A DNA stretch of 64,000 bases from Hydrolagus affinis (lineage: Eukaryota). Each line of letters begins with the position of its first letter. The first letter of the stretch is position 1. The stretch is taken from NCBI GenBank assembly GCA_012026655.1, contig JAAILG010000175.1, positions 1-64,000 of the forward strand. Reading direction: 5' to 3'. The notes under the pieces are model-generated. The model made no database searches. It was not told where the DNA came from and worked only from the letters and a program-made list of their open reading frames with translations. The translations under genes and the position numbers were made by a program. Shown here one piece after another: positions 13,470 through 26,539 of the stretch.

Positions 13470-14784
13470 TCCCCTTCCTACATTCCTTCTCCCCCATCTC
13501 TCCTTCCTCCCTCTCACGCACCATCACCCAATGAAGCCCATTACCTGCTGCCTCGACTCCCTTCCCACCAACTTACTGATCACCCAGCTTCCCCTCCTCT
13601 GGCTGACATCATCAACCAGTCCCTCTCCATCGGTTCATTCTCTGCCCCGCTCAAAACTGCTGCCGTTACCCCCCTCCTCGAAACACCTTTCCTAGATCCC
13701 TCAAATCCTAGCCACTACCACCCTATTTAAACCTGCCCTTCCTTGCCAAAATGCTCGAATGCCAACCAACTCCGCGCCCACCTCTCCTCCCACTCCCTTT
13801 TTGAACCCCTCCAGTCTAGTTTCCACCCTGCCCACAGTACAGAGACTGCACTTGTAAAAGTCACAAATGATGTCCTCTCTATCTGTGACGTCCCCTTGGG
13901 GACGTCATCCGCAGACATAGGGGACTCTTCCACATGTATGCGGATGACATCCAACTCTATTTCTCCACCTCACTTTGCGACCCCCAAACCCTGATGTTCT
14001 GTCAGCCTGCCTCATCCAGGAGCTCGATGAGCGCGAACTTCCTGCAGCTGAATGTTGGCAAGACAGAAGCCATACACTTTGGCTCTGTCAACGTCTTCAA
14101 TCGCATGGCTCTCACCTCCTCTACCTTCCCGACCTGCCCCTAAAACTCTCCGAATCTGTGCACAACCTAGATGTCAGGTTTGACCCCCAACTGTCCTTCC
14201 TCCCCCACGTCTGGTCCCTCACCAGCACCGCTTTTTTCCACCTCCGACAGATCGCCCGTCTCCGACAATATCTCGCCCCAAAAGCCGCTGAAACCCTGGT
14301 CCATGCCTTTGTCACCTCTCGACTGGACTATTCCAAATGCCCTCCTTCCAGGTCTCCCCTCCACCACAATACATAAAATCTGCCTCCCATATTCTCACCC
14401 ACACCAAACTTCGCTCCCCCATTACCCCAGTCCTTGCCAGACTTCACTGGCTCCCTGTACCAGAGAGGATCGATTTCAAGATCCTCACCCTTGTTTTCAC
14501 TCCTCTGCACCCTCCTACCTCTCCAAGCTCCTTCGCTCCACTGGGTCTGCCTCTTCCTTGTTCCCCGAATCCTCCACTCCACCACCTCTGGAACTCCCTT
14601 CCTCACTCCCTTCGCCTCACTCCCTTCGCTTCTCAGTTTCAGGTCTCAGCTAAAGACCTTTCTCTTCAACCGTGCCTTTGGTCACCTTTCTACTCCTGGC
14701 TTGTTCCCGGGATCCGTTACTGTGAAGCGCTCTGAGATGCCGTCTGGCGTGGAGGGCGCTATATGAATCAAAGTTGTTGTTGTT
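13470..14784 (+). mobile_element. L2 LINE (family A) fragment with internal deletions
   Basis: RT motifs QSSFHPAHSTETALVKVTND and HMYADDIQLY, LQLNVGKTEAI, (GTT)n tail. About 250 nt of RT is missing near 13886 relative to the 28.7-29.0 kb copy. Confidence 0.92.
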
Positions 14785-14867
14785 GAACAGAAGGGTATGG
14801 GAGTGAGTGAGGCGTGGATGGAGATTCACATGGAGTAAAACACCAGCAAAGACTAGTTGAACCATTG

Positions 14868-15048
14868 AAATAAAAACAGAAATTGCTGGGAAAATTCAGC
14901 AGGTCAGGCAGCATCCATGGAGAAAGGAAAGTGAATCAACATTTCAGGTCCACGACCCTTCGTCACCTGCTGCTTGACTTGCTGAGTTTTCCTAGCAAAT
15001 TCTGTTTTTGTTTCAGATTTCCAGCATCTGTAGTATTTTGTGTTTTGT
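14868..15048. mobile_element. Penelope-type inverted (palindromic) non-autonomous element with a 15-bp target-site duplication and a hammerhead-like core
   Basis: Inverted arms 14868-14912 and 14968-15014. Direct repeat CTAGTTGAACCATTG at 14853-14867 and 15049-15063. Minus strand reads TGACGA-A-GGGTC-GTG-GACCT-GAAA-TGTT. Confidence 0.7.
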
Positions 15049-16609
15049 CTAGTTGAACCATTGGTCTTTTTGATGCATTATAATCTATATAAATATAAAT
15101 TAAAATATTAGCCCTCTATTACCCCAGAGTCAGAATCAAATGCCCTAGAGAGGACTCTGTGTATTCTTTCATTCAAAAGCGTAGCAAAATATGAAATATA
15201 TATTCCACAGCAAATCGATAGCTTCCAACCACTTCCTATCATAACACAACGCCAAGTAACACCACATAGATCACCACTCTCCACAGGCATTTTAATATCT
15301 CACAGAATCTGGCATTTAATTAAAGAACCTGAAGGAATTTTAGCACCTACGAAATGTTAACCTCAAATCCAGCTAACATATTTTCCAAGCAATTTCAGTG
15401 ATTAATTAACCAATTTACAGAGCCTTGCTATTAATTTAAGCAATGCCTATTAATAATGGCATGGGTTTCCAGGTGTGCTAATATGGCCAATTTTAACAGT
15501 GAAATTCCTCACAATTTAACGCATCTCCAATGGCATTGCATTTACTGAACAACGGAATTTCATCTGCAAATTTCCATCAAGAGAACCTTGTCAAAACTGG
15601 AGAATGGAGTTGTCCACTTTCTGCTCTGTTGATATTACAGTAGGATTCCTAAATCAAATCACCTAACACTAGTCTGTTCTTATCAACCAATAAAACTATA
15701 CATCAGGCTCATGTTCAGAAACCCAACCCCTACACTTTAGCAGCACTTGTTGTATTCCACACACTCTCAGTCCAGGATCATCTGTTCCACTTTATTACTA
15801 TAGAATTGGTCACATGTTAGTGCTAAATTCTGAACCATGTTTTTTTTCCCTGTTTCTACATGTTCACCGGGGACTAAGACAGCCAATTAAACCTAATTCC
15901 AATGTGACCTTTAACAGCTGCCACAGAAACTATTGTCCTAGCCATTCCATTCAATGCTGTTATATTGTGCGGGTATTCAGAGTAATTTTTTTAATCAAAT
16001 TCCTCAATAGTGTCAAAACCTTAACTAGATTCGAGGGATGTATTCCAGATTAATGAAATCCTGAACAGTGTAAACGTCGTAAGTAAACAAACCGTGGATT
16101 TATTAGATAGTATTTGCTGTGTGTTCTGATTAGGCTTTCGAAAGAAAAATCTTGCTGAATATTAAGTGTTGTGGCCAGTGAGCAACCAGTCCCATGACTA
16201 GTAATGTCACAGCTGACACGCAGTGAAACACATTGATGTGTAGGCAAATGCTTTCTGCTGAACTGCACTCATAATTTGATTATAAATTGCACACGAGGGA
16301 TAGATGATTTATAGGTTGTCAACACCTTACTTGACTTGTGTTATAATTTCCCTTCATTAGGAGTCTTTCATTATTTTGTTTGCTTTTAACAGAATTAATG
16401 CATCTTCATGCTCTAAAATCATACATGCATGGAGTGAGCAATGAATTAATCTTTTGACCTTGATGGTGAACATGCAAAATGTGGGTAAAAATGCATGAAG
16501 AACTCTGAGTTATTACTGCCATTAGCAGCCCGTGAATGTCAGGCCTTGCAGTAACTGTGCTCTTGAACGTGCACTGAAACACAATTGTATTTTCCCAAAT
16601 ATTCTACAG

Positions 16610-16693
16610 GCTATCTTTGACCGGAATAGGAAGGACGAGTTGCCAGGACTTCAGCTGGAATGGATTGATGGGATCTGCAAGCCATTGTTTGAG
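16610..16693 (+). CDS. PDE11A: PDE11-family exon (AIFDRNRKDELPGLQLEWIDGICKPLFE) with the invariant Gln and PDE11-specific Trp
   Basis: Acceptor attctacag|GCT, donor GAG|gtactt, 84 nt, phase 0 to 0. QLEW (Trp where PDE5/6/10 have Phe) is diagnostic of PDE11. Confidence 0.96.
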
Positions 16694-19600
16694 GTACTTC
16701 AAATCATTCAAGTATTTATGACCTTTGTAACTTACCCTCCCCCAATTTTTACAAAGCAATTTTTAAAATATTGAGGTTGAAAAGTTGTGGCTTATTCTAA
16801 TTGAGACATATTCAAATGGTGTCGCCCAACCGGGGCAACTAACATGCATAAATATTTTTTAAATAACACAAAGCCAAGTGGAATGATTCAGTCTCTGACT
16901 GTAAGGATGTTTCTAATTGTATTTTGAAATCAGGTTTTGAATTGATGCGGCAATGCTGAGCAATGTACATTGATGGCTTTTACAAATTACAATTGCAGAC
17001 TGACCTTGCTAAATAGCTCCCTTTAGGTTCAGATTTCATATGGCTACACAGTGGCCCCACAATATACTGTGAAAGGCACTTTGCAAATGTAATTTTGTTG
17101 TTGTGGTTGTTGTGGTGCTGTATACCTGGGAATGATGGTAGAGGCATCCCCAGGAACCACTGAAAATACAAGTGGTCGCAGTCGCCAGGAACTTGTCAGT
17201 TCTATACCTATGACAAGCAGAAACAAGTTAGCTCAGTGATATCAGTAGTAATGCTGACAATCCCAAAAGTGGCTTCACTACAGTGCACTCTGCTATAACT
17301 CTGAGTCTCATTTTAAAGAGCTCAACCTCAATGTTAGAATGCCGTCGGAGTTCTGTTGTTTTGCAAATTTCATAAATTCTACCCCATTTTAACCTCCAAT
17401 CCATTCAAAATAAATTTAGCTTAAATTTAGCTTATTTCTGGGAGAGCGTTTGGTCAGTGAATACAATTCCTTCCCAGTCAATGATGAATTGATTCCACTG
17501 GATTGCAAACAAAAGCCTCAGTTTAGCCCAAAAGGAAGATACTGTATTGAAATTATACACATGTTCGTTTACTCTCATTGAAAGCTGACCACTGTGTATT
17601 TATTCTCTTATTGTGAATACACAGAACAAAAACTATTTTAAGATGATCTCAGAATTACTCTACCAAAACACCAATGTATAATGCAACCATTTTGTAAAAA
17701 AGGCCTCTTTTAATCTAAGCTTCATTTTAGATTTTTAATGTCTTATCTAATGCCTCCATACCCTGATTTAATAAGCACATACTAATCAATAAAGGTAGGC
17801 AATGATTGAGGAGCGATAAGAAAATATAAGGTTAACAAATAGCATTAGCAGCATGTGGTGTCAAGTGAGACCAATATTAAGATTTTTCCTAAGATTGCTA
17901 ATTGACATCTTTCTGACTGGTATAAAACCTGAACCTTTACTCAAAGCCAGAGGGACATTCAATACCACATTGGATATTAATTCTTAGTTTTTTTTGGTGG
18001 AACTCATTGTTAATAAAAAGTGAAATTAGAAAGGATGAGTTTTAGATTTTAGTCAGCACTATAGTAATATAACAATTCTGCCACAATACGTGTGATTGAT
18101 AATCGTTACAATTTTGAACTTCGGAAGCTGTAAAAAATGACATCCTTTTCAGTTCAATAATTCTACATCTTGCATCTAGACATGCTAGGAATGTTTTTTT
18201 TAAAGTGTCAGTGGGGGGTACGCTGTAGTTCTTAATGTTTTCCTAATGACTTTGTGGAAATGAGTGATATTTATATAATCCCAATGCTCTGAACCAAAAC
18301 AATGTTGTAAAATGAACAAATGGGGGTATGGGTGGGGGTGGGGGGGAGGTGGGTGGGAGACTTAAAATGCGCTGTTATAATTGCACTGAGACTTTGCTTA
18401 AATGTGGAAAGTTTAAGCTAACAAAATAATTATCGGATTCACATTTGCATCTTTCCCATTGGAGTTTAAAAATGTATATATTATGTTTAACATGAATGCT
18501 CGTAATTAATTACATGACCTCAGACATTTGTACCATTTTACGTATAAATGCACTTCAATTTCTTACATTATGTAAAGTAATTAGCTGGAAACATCCAGGT
18601 AGATTTATAGATAACCTAACGCTCATATTGCGTTAGTTCTGCTGACTAGGCTTATACAATTCCCTTTGATGTCAGGGGTGACTCTTTCCTTGTGTGAGAT
18701 TCCAAATTAAAAAAAAATCACTTTGTTAATGTGAGAGAGGCAGAATTGTCTATATCCACACTATTTGTTTAACGAATAGTTCTTATCACATATCAAAATA
18801 ATGCGAGTGTTTATATTTACTTGGACATGTACCAGTGAGGTTGTGATATTATTTATTATAAGAAAATAAATGCAATACATATTGGCATGGCAACATTACC
18901 TGATACAGTGCTGTGGAATGGCAAAGAGTAAAAGAGAGAGAATTGAAGCAAAGAATCAAGAAAGGAAGAAATACTGGTGGATTTAGAGGCAAGGGACAAG
19001 AAAGAGAGAAAAGGCAGATCAAAAATAAATAATCATCAGTAAAGAGAAAGAAACCATAAGAATAAAATAATTCTAGTATCGGGTCAAAGTGAAGGGTAAG
19101 GAAAAGAACAAGAGGAAGCCACAAGCCTAGAAGGTTCTAACTGTTCGTCTTTTATGTTTATATTTTATCTTTTGCTTTTTTGCGTCTTCTCAATCTGTTC
19201 CATTTCATGATTGCAGTACTCACCTATAAAACAAACACAATCATTACAATTCAACCTGTGAAGTGATTTGGGATGTCAGCCTGATAGAGTGAAAGGCACA
19301 ATATCAATGTATGGATTATTATTATATGTTTGCTTCTGACACAAATTCTCTACACCAGTACCTCAGACACTGTCCACCCCCCCACCACCCACACCCTTAC
19401 ACAGGCACAGCAAATTCCCACAAAGACAATATAGATCTCCGCACCACCACCATAGATTGCCCCCCACCCTCTCCCACATGCACACACACATACACAGTCA
19501 GCATGGTTGACTCACATTGGCATTGTGGTCCTGCACAGGCACCACTCCTCCCCCATTCCAATTGGTGTCATCACAAACCCATTTACCCTGGGCTGCCAGG

Positions 19601-20067
19601 TAATCTTCGATCATCACTCCTTGTGCATCACCCTAAAAAAAACTGTTCTGCCCCCAACAAAGCTATCTCCATCCCTAACCTCATTTCAGATGACCACATC
19701 AACATTTTATTTCAGAATCTTTTGTGTTGGTCAGCCAGGTGTCTGGCACATGCAATACAATACACATTTATATTGCACATTTAATATTGGGAGGACATCG
19801 CAAAAATCATTCACAGTGCTGGATTAGTACCTGAGCTGGGTGTGGGTACCAAAAGGGATGTTGATGGGAAACATAACTGAAAGGGTAATAATAATAATCC
19901 TTATATTTGATATAGCTCTTTTCACGTCTTCTAAACGTCTCACAGTGCTTCACAGAATATACTGCAAAGTGAATTGACTGTATGGCTTCTGGGCGAAACG
20001 CAGCACCCAATTGCACATAGCAGTGTTCCACAAACAGTCGTGAATTGAAATGACCAATTTATTATTA

Positions 20068-20439
20068 CAGTAGAAGCCCGTTTATCCGTGACCCGATTAA
20101 CCGGATTGCTCGACCCCCTCCCAGGGCAATTCCCCATTCCAGCAATCACGAGTATGCTCAATTTTCGCATGCACGCAATGCATTATTAAACTTACGAACT
20201 TGGAGGTTTTTATCGATCAGTAAAAAATGCTTTTTTACCAATTTTTTATTGAGTGTGCTGAAATCTTTATTGGTAAGTAACTATACATTATTCTGTTACT
20301 ATTTAGTATATTATTAATATTGTATGTTTTATAATAAGTACTTTTTTTGTGTTGGGTTTTTGGCAACTTGCCGCCCGATTATCCGGCACAATCAATTAGT
20401 CGACCCCCCCGAGCGTGCTGGATAAACGAGCTTCTACTG
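20068..20439. mobile_element. Tc1/mariner (pogo/Tigger-type) MITE, 372 bp
   Basis: TIRs CAGTAGAAGCCCGTTTATCC and GGATAAACGAGCTTCTACTG, flanked by TA at 20066-20067 and 20440-20441. Confidence 0.9.
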
Positions 20440-20563
20440 TATAAACTTTTTTAAAGGAATTATTATCCCCAGAAAAGCAGTCCACTAATTGACTAACAAC
20501 CAGGTTCCCACTCACTGCTAGATAAACAAAGGCACATGGAGAAAGAAAACTTGTCCAACATTT

Positions 20564-20855
20564 GTGGAGTCCTACAGCTCAGCGGTTAGAGCATTCACCT
20601 TACAAGAGAGAGACCTGGGTTGAATTCCAGGCAGGGTGAAACCTTGGGCAAATTTCCTTAATCCACACACCTAATAATAATCCCTCAAAAAAATAATAAT
20701 AAACTGGTCAGTTTAATCCACAATTGTTTGTGGGACACTGCTGTGAACAATTTACTGCCGCGTTTCACCCACAAATATATTCTGTGAGGCGCTTTGAGAC
20801 ATCTAGAAGATGTGAAAAGCAATATATCAAATGCAAGGATGATTATTATTATTAT
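20564..20855 (+). mobile_element. Full-length tRNA-derived SINE (short-body subfamily) nested in an older SINE
   Basis: A box CAGCTCAGCGGTTAGAGC, B box GGGTTGAATTCC, CCTTGGGCAA body, (ATT)n tail. Confidence 0.88.
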
Positions 20856-22281
20856 TTTTTGCCAGGAATCAAACCCAGATCTCTCGCTTGCAAAGTGAAT
20901 GCTCTAACTACTAAGTGACAAGACTCCACTGTACAACACTGTAAAGTGAATTGATTGGTATTTTGTGAAACTCAGCAGCCAGTTGCGCGCAGCAGTGTCC
21001 CACAAACAATCATGGATTGGGTGACCTAATTATTCTTATTTAAGTGAAACACAGTTCTTGACGGATAGCTGTACATACTGCTCAATGATCCTGTGATTAG
21101 AAATGTAGGTTATAATGTAGGAGGGAGGGAGGGAGGGAGTGAGGGAGGGAATCACTCTGATTAAGAGTACCCAAATCAGTCAGTGTATGACATATGTCTG
21201 CCATGGAAATGTCCCTGTGACATAAGTGGCACCAGACTACCAAAAACACCACAGACACTGGACTATTGCCAAGTATGTCACCTTAGAACCAGTTGGCCCC
21301 AAGGGGACTCCACTTATTTTCCCCCTTCCCCCCTACCTCTCAAGAAAAATAATTCCTTATTATAGTTTAAAAATACATAGTCACTTACATTTTAGAATAA
21401 AAATCCTCTGCAGGACTTTGAGACATTTTGACAGTGTGATAAAGTGATGTATCATATGCAAGGATTATCATGTTTTCAAAATAAGTTGGTCATTTGACAA
21501 CTAACATTAAACACTGACGTGAAAGAATCATGTTACTAATTACTGGATATTAGACAAATTGCGTTTTATTTGCACTTTATGATGAAATGCATTTCACCCC
21601 AATGCAAATGTTGGGTCAAATTCCTCTGCGGATTTTCTGTTGGGAGTATAATTTGTGGATGGTGGCATTAATGAGACACTCGAAACATGACACTAGAATT
21701 TTATTTAATATAATATTATGCAAAGCAGTCTGCAAAGGAGTGAATTAATGATCAGCCAGAAAATATAATTTTATTTAAAAAAATTACAAAGATATTCGGT
21801 TAGATGTCTAAATGCTTTTGTGCTTTTTATTTTGTCAAAATATTTACTGGCAGTGAAAATAGCTTTTTGTTGGTTATGCTTCACATGAGACCATTTCCAA
21901 CCTGACACACTGATATATATCCAACGCACCAATGGGAAATAAATGCCAGCCACTGATGAAAAAAGGTCTCTTGAGTTTTTACTCTGTGGCTTCATGGCAT
22001 GAAATAAACTAAGTGAATTAGTGCTCCGACCTGTGAAAATGTCACTATGGGCACAAACATACTAAAATAAAAAAAATTAAAAATCACTGTATACAATAAA
22101 CTCCAAATAATACAGCATTCCAAGGGAAAAGGATTTAGTGACAAGTTATCAGGAGTGGCGAGTTAGGCACATGGATAAATACATAAATAAATGTGCCCAG
22201 GATATTGACAGCACGATGACTTAAGTGGTAATGGCAAGTTAAGCCTGAGTGAGTTATCAGGAATTTATCATATCAAATATT

Positions 22282-22600
22282 ATAATAATAATAATCCTTG
22301 CATTTGATATAGAGCTTTTCACATCTTATCGACGTCTCAAAGCGCTTCACAGAATATATTGTAAAGTGAGTTGACTGTATATTTGTGGGCGAAATGAGGC
22401 AGCCAGTTGCACACAGCAGAGTCCCACAAACAGTCGTGGATTGAAATGACCAATTTTATTATTGTTGTTTTTTTGAACGGATTATTATTAGGCGTGTGGA
22501 GTAAGGAAACTTGCCAAGGTTTCGCCCTGATGTGCCTGGATTCTAACACAGGTCACACGCTTCTAAGGCGAGTGCTCTAATCATTGAGCTACAGAAGCTT
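22282..22600 (-). mobile_element. Full-length tRNA-derived SINE (short-body subfamily)
   Basis: Reverse complement of the 3249-3570 type element, with A/B boxes and (TTA)n tail. Confidence 0.9.
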
Positions 22601-23149
22601 GCACCAAAATAATATTTTCATTCTACCCAGCGAGAATGGTTTGATATTTGTTTGTGGATCCCATTTTCAACTTATTATGAGTTATTATGAGTTTCTAGGA
22701 GTGGGGAGTTAGGGGTATGTATATTGCCATGAGGTGACTGGTCCTCATGGACCTCTGATTCTCACCTCCTGCCTTTCCCACAAAGATGCAATTGAGGTAA
22801 GAAACTCAGTTTGCCATAATCCTAGAATAATATCTTTTTACTTTAAAGCTGACATGTGTTGGTGCTCCAATGCACTGCGGCATTGTGCTGGATCGCTCCA
22901 GTAAGTCTGATCTCTGTGGTGATTAGGGTGGCTATGTGCCTGGCAGTCTGGTCAGTTATGGACCCATCTGCCTGAGCTTCCTGATGCTCTGAATAGTTAT
23001 GCACCCATCTGCTTCATCACTTTGGAGGTATTTTATGTACGCGCCTAAGCCGAATATTTTTCATGTGACTCGGTAGCCCGAGGGGAGCGGTAGTGGCAGA
23101 GGTGAGTAATGCTGCAGAGGTGGGGGGCTTGGAGTATTTTGGAAAGGCA

Positions 23150-23441
23150 GGAGCCATTTTTTGCACAGCAATGCTCCAGAAACTTCATGAATTGAGTGAC
23201 CAATTTTATTTGGGAAATTGTTGAACAGAGCACCTCTTGTCATTTCTCGAATAGTGCCATAGGATCATTAACATGCACCTGAACAGGCAGACGAAGGACG
23301 ACACCTTTATTAATGCAGGCACTCCAGTACTTCATTAGAGTGTCAGCCTAGACTAGATGATTCCAAGTACCAACATATGACTTAAAACCACAATTCTTCT
23401 GACTCGGAGGCGAGAGTGCTACCAACTGAGCCAGGCTGACA
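23150..23441 (-). mobile_element. Deu-domain SINE
   Basis: Minus strand begins GTGTCAGCCTGGCTCAGTTGGTAGCACTCTCGCCTCCGAGTCAGAAG and contains CAGGTGCATGTTAATGATCCTATGGCACTATTCGAG. Confidence 0.82.
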
Positions 23442-23879
23442 CACTTTGTCACTAAGATGAGGACAAATGAAACAAAGCCAGTTGACTCATTTGATCTCTT
23501 CCTTCCAGATTACGTACCCTACTGTTCTCCCATTACAGAATCAAAAAAATTTTTATAAAATGAGTCCAGTGTCTTGGGGTTCTTTCCCTGCAACTTTTTA
23601 TTTTTCCATCTGATTTAAAAGACCAAGTATGATTTATGCAGAGGCAAGGATACAGCATGAGGATACAATAGTAGAATCACAGATGAAGATGCGTTTAATA
23701 AAGAGTTACAGTATTCTGTTCCATGAAAAAATACTATAAAGTTTTCACTTATACAGTAATTTTCGCACAGGGAGTATATTTCAAAAAACAATTCATAGAG
23801 ATCGAGTGGGACACCGAAGCTGGGTGGAGAAGAGGTGGCAAACACATGCACAAAGTTTCTTCTTTATATGGGGCAATGT

Positions 23880-24115
23880 ATGGTCAGAAGTAAATGTAGC
23901 AGAGGAGGATTAATGCGGTCCTGGTCAGGAACCAAATAGTTGAGGGGGAGAAAGGATAATTGAGGGTCCAACCAGATGCCCAGATTGTGCACTGATTCGG
24001 TGAGTCTGAGAGAGAAGTTGGGAAGATGAGGAGTTCAGATATGGAGGAGTAAAGATGTTGACAGTTGCCAAGGAGTATGGTTTCCGTCTTGTCCTCATTC
24101 AGTTAAAGGAACAGT
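23880..24115 (-). mobile_element. Old L2 RT-region fragment
   Basis: Minus strand encodes LNEDKTETILLG, homologous to LNVDKTEAILLG of the younger L2. Confidence 0.7.
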
Positions 24116-24293
24116 CTGTGCCTCCCTGCAATGTAATGGCTGAATCTTTTGGACTATCTTTGGTGCTGTTCTAGACAATCCAACTTTTATTTCTATTAAC
24201 AAGTTTTACCAGGGAATGAGAGGTTTTATGGGTTAGAAATCCCACATTTGCTGAAACCGAAAAATGCAAACCAAAAGCTGCTATACTAATATC

Positions 24294-24420
24294 CTAGAAT
24301 TATAGAATTATACAACACAGAATGCCGTTTGACCCATCATTTCTGTGCCACCTCTTTGAAAAGAATTATCAAATCAATCCCACTCTTTCTTGTAGCCCTG
24401 CAAACCCATTCTCCCCTAAT
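24294..24420 (-). mobile_element. CR1 3' tail fragment
   Basis: TAGAATTATAGAAT octamer-type tail followed by CR1 3'UTR-like sequence. Confidence 0.6.
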
Positions 24421-24756
24421 GTTTTTCAGGCTTCCAGTTTGTTGGATTCACTTAAAATAATAAATTGGGGAGGGGAGGGAGAATTGCAATCCAGAAGGTT
24501 TAATAAAAGTTGATTTGTTGATGATATTTTGTTAGACTTTTAGAGTTTTTTCTCAGCCAAGAAAAATCACAAACGTTAAATGCCAGAAACAATCATGACT
24601 CCCAGTTTATCATGGCTAGCATTTTTTTTTACCTAGGAAAGGCCTTGAAAAGACTGACAGAAGGTAGGAGCGGTAAATACTAGCTACAAAAAGACTATTA
24701 CAGGCCCTGTAAAAAGACTATTCAGCTTGTTCCACCAGTTTAGTAGATTTTTAAAA

Positions 24757-25201
24757 AACAATATAATAAAAAAATTACATTTGTAAAGCGCCTTTCACAT
24801 CAGTAGGACATCCCAAGGGTGCTACATAGTCAGGGATTAGGACCCGAGAGGGAGGATGGAGAGCAGAGAGGATGATCGAAGGCATAGTTGAAGAGGAGGT
24901 CTTGAGGCATACCTTGAAGGAGTCAAGGAAGGTGTGAGGTGAAGGGAATGTAAAATGGACTTCCAGAGGGTGGGGAGAGAGTGGCTGAAGGCCTGACCAC
25001 CAATAGTGGGGTGGGCTGGACTGGGGACAAGGAGGAGGCAGGAGCCTGCTGAGTGGGGAGAGTGGATGTGTTGATAAGGGGTTAGCAGGTCAGAGAGATA
25101 AGAGGGGTCAGGGCCATGGAGGGCCTTGAAGGAGAATTTTCAACTTGATCCTCTGAGGGATGGGGAGCCAGTGGAGCCGGGCGAGGATGGGGGTGATGGG
25201 G
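24757..25201 (-). mobile_element. L2 LINE (family B) 3' fragment
   Basis: Minus strand encodes PITPILARLHWLPIPQRIKLKIL and carries the hairpin GCACCCTTGGGATGTCCTACTGATGTGAAAGGCGCT. Confidence 0.85.
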
Positions 25202-25666
25202 TAAAATTAATTTTTGACACTACATAAATTATTATGAATTCTATTGTAATATATGATACCAATTTGCAACACTAATACAGTACAGATATCCAAGACATCA
25301 GCTCAATCTGTTCATAGCATTTCATGGAAATTATTCACCAGCATGATTGAAAGGGAAAGTTTTATTACCTAAAATAAATTAGGTGTAAGATTTTATGTAC
25401 TTGGCTTTAACTGCTTTAACCTGTTGAAACAAACAATCTATTTCATTTCACATTAACCAGTTCAAGAAGCTGTTATATAAATATCAACAAAGAAAATTCT
25501 TGCAATTCTTATGTTCCTGGGCTTCCCAGGCACACGGAGAGAAATATAGAGCTTTGTGAAATATTCCGTTCAACATAATATCACAGTGCACAGTCACTAC
25601 ACTTCCCAGTAAAATCCTCTTAAGCGCCTTGAGATGTCTTGATGACATGATATGCTAATACAAGTA

Positions 25667-25922
25667 CAGTGGAATCCACTTTTACTGGATCCTGGTTAAA
25701 CCCAGATATCGTGTGAATCAAACAAATCGCCCGGCCCCGATCACCAGTATTCTCACTAGTTTTACATATGGTGGTAGATTTGGATAAAAATCTGGTTACT
25801 CCGGGCAAAATGTTGCACTGGTTACCGCTGAATACAGTATACTTACTGTGAGTCCATTCAGCTACGAACGATTCCTGGATAGAAATGGGAAGCGTCAAAG
25901 ATTGATAAAAAGCGGATTCCAC
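25667..25922. mobile_element. Eroded Tc1/mariner-type MITE
   Basis: TA|CAGTGGAATCCACTTTT at the left and AAAAGCGGATTCCAC at the right. The terminal TG-TA is missing on the right. Confidence 0.6.
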
Positions 25923-26063
25923 AAAATCACAAACAGCTGGAGTTGGGCTGTCAATCAATGAGAAGGGCGGAGGAACGGAGAAGAACAAGAGGGGGGGAAT
26001 ATCATGATTGATTCACAAGTGGTTACAGACTATTAATCACCTCAACGTCGTTGATTGGTCACC

Positions 26064-26316
26064 TTCCCTGAGCATATCACCCCCATCCTCACCCGACTCC
26101 ATTGACTTCCCATCACACAGGATACAGTTCAGAATCCTGCTTGAGACCCATCTCAAGACCCTCTTCAACCATGCCTTTGGTCACTCTCCTTCGTCCTCTG
26201 CCTCCCACCCTCCCCGATCCCAAACCCTAGCTCAGGTCTGAAACACTAATTGTCCAGCATCTGCGGAAGTCCTCTTGACTTGAAAGGCACTATACAAATG
26301 TAATTTTGTTGTTGTT
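26064..26316 (+). mobile_element. L2 (family B) 3' fragment
   Basis: HITPIL..LH motif, LKTLFNHAFG, and TATACAAATGTAATTTTGTTGTTGTT tail. Confidence 0.75.
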
Positions 26317-26539
26317 CCAATCCAATGGGAACACAATGGGAGGGAGAAAAGCGCGGTGTCACACACAAAAAAAACTAACCCGCGTGACTCCCACCCATTA
26401 TTAACAGCGCATCACCTCCAAACAATAGACCATCAGCGCACCAGCTTTAACACCTCATCAGTGCATTAAAATTAGATCACTAGCAGCTCTATAAATAGAC
26501 CATTACCCCACTTCTCCCCCCCCCCACCCCCCCCCCTCA

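Larger units (their letters stand above)
19886..20930 (-). mobile_element. tRNA-derived SINE (long-body subfamily) split by two later insertions
   Basis: Tail 19886-20065, body 20442-20563 and head 20857-20930 join into one colinear SINE once the MITE and the + strand SINE are removed. Confidence 0.8.

Noticed and set aside
12783-14766. Long Pro/Ser-rich ORFs and their Gly/Glu-rich antisense ORFs
   Set aside because: Off-frame or antisense readings of C-rich L2 sequence.
18920-19125. Hydrophobic 91-aa minus-strand ORF resembling a membrane protein
   Set aside because: It arises from a low-complexity purine-rich tract, with no splice or homology support.
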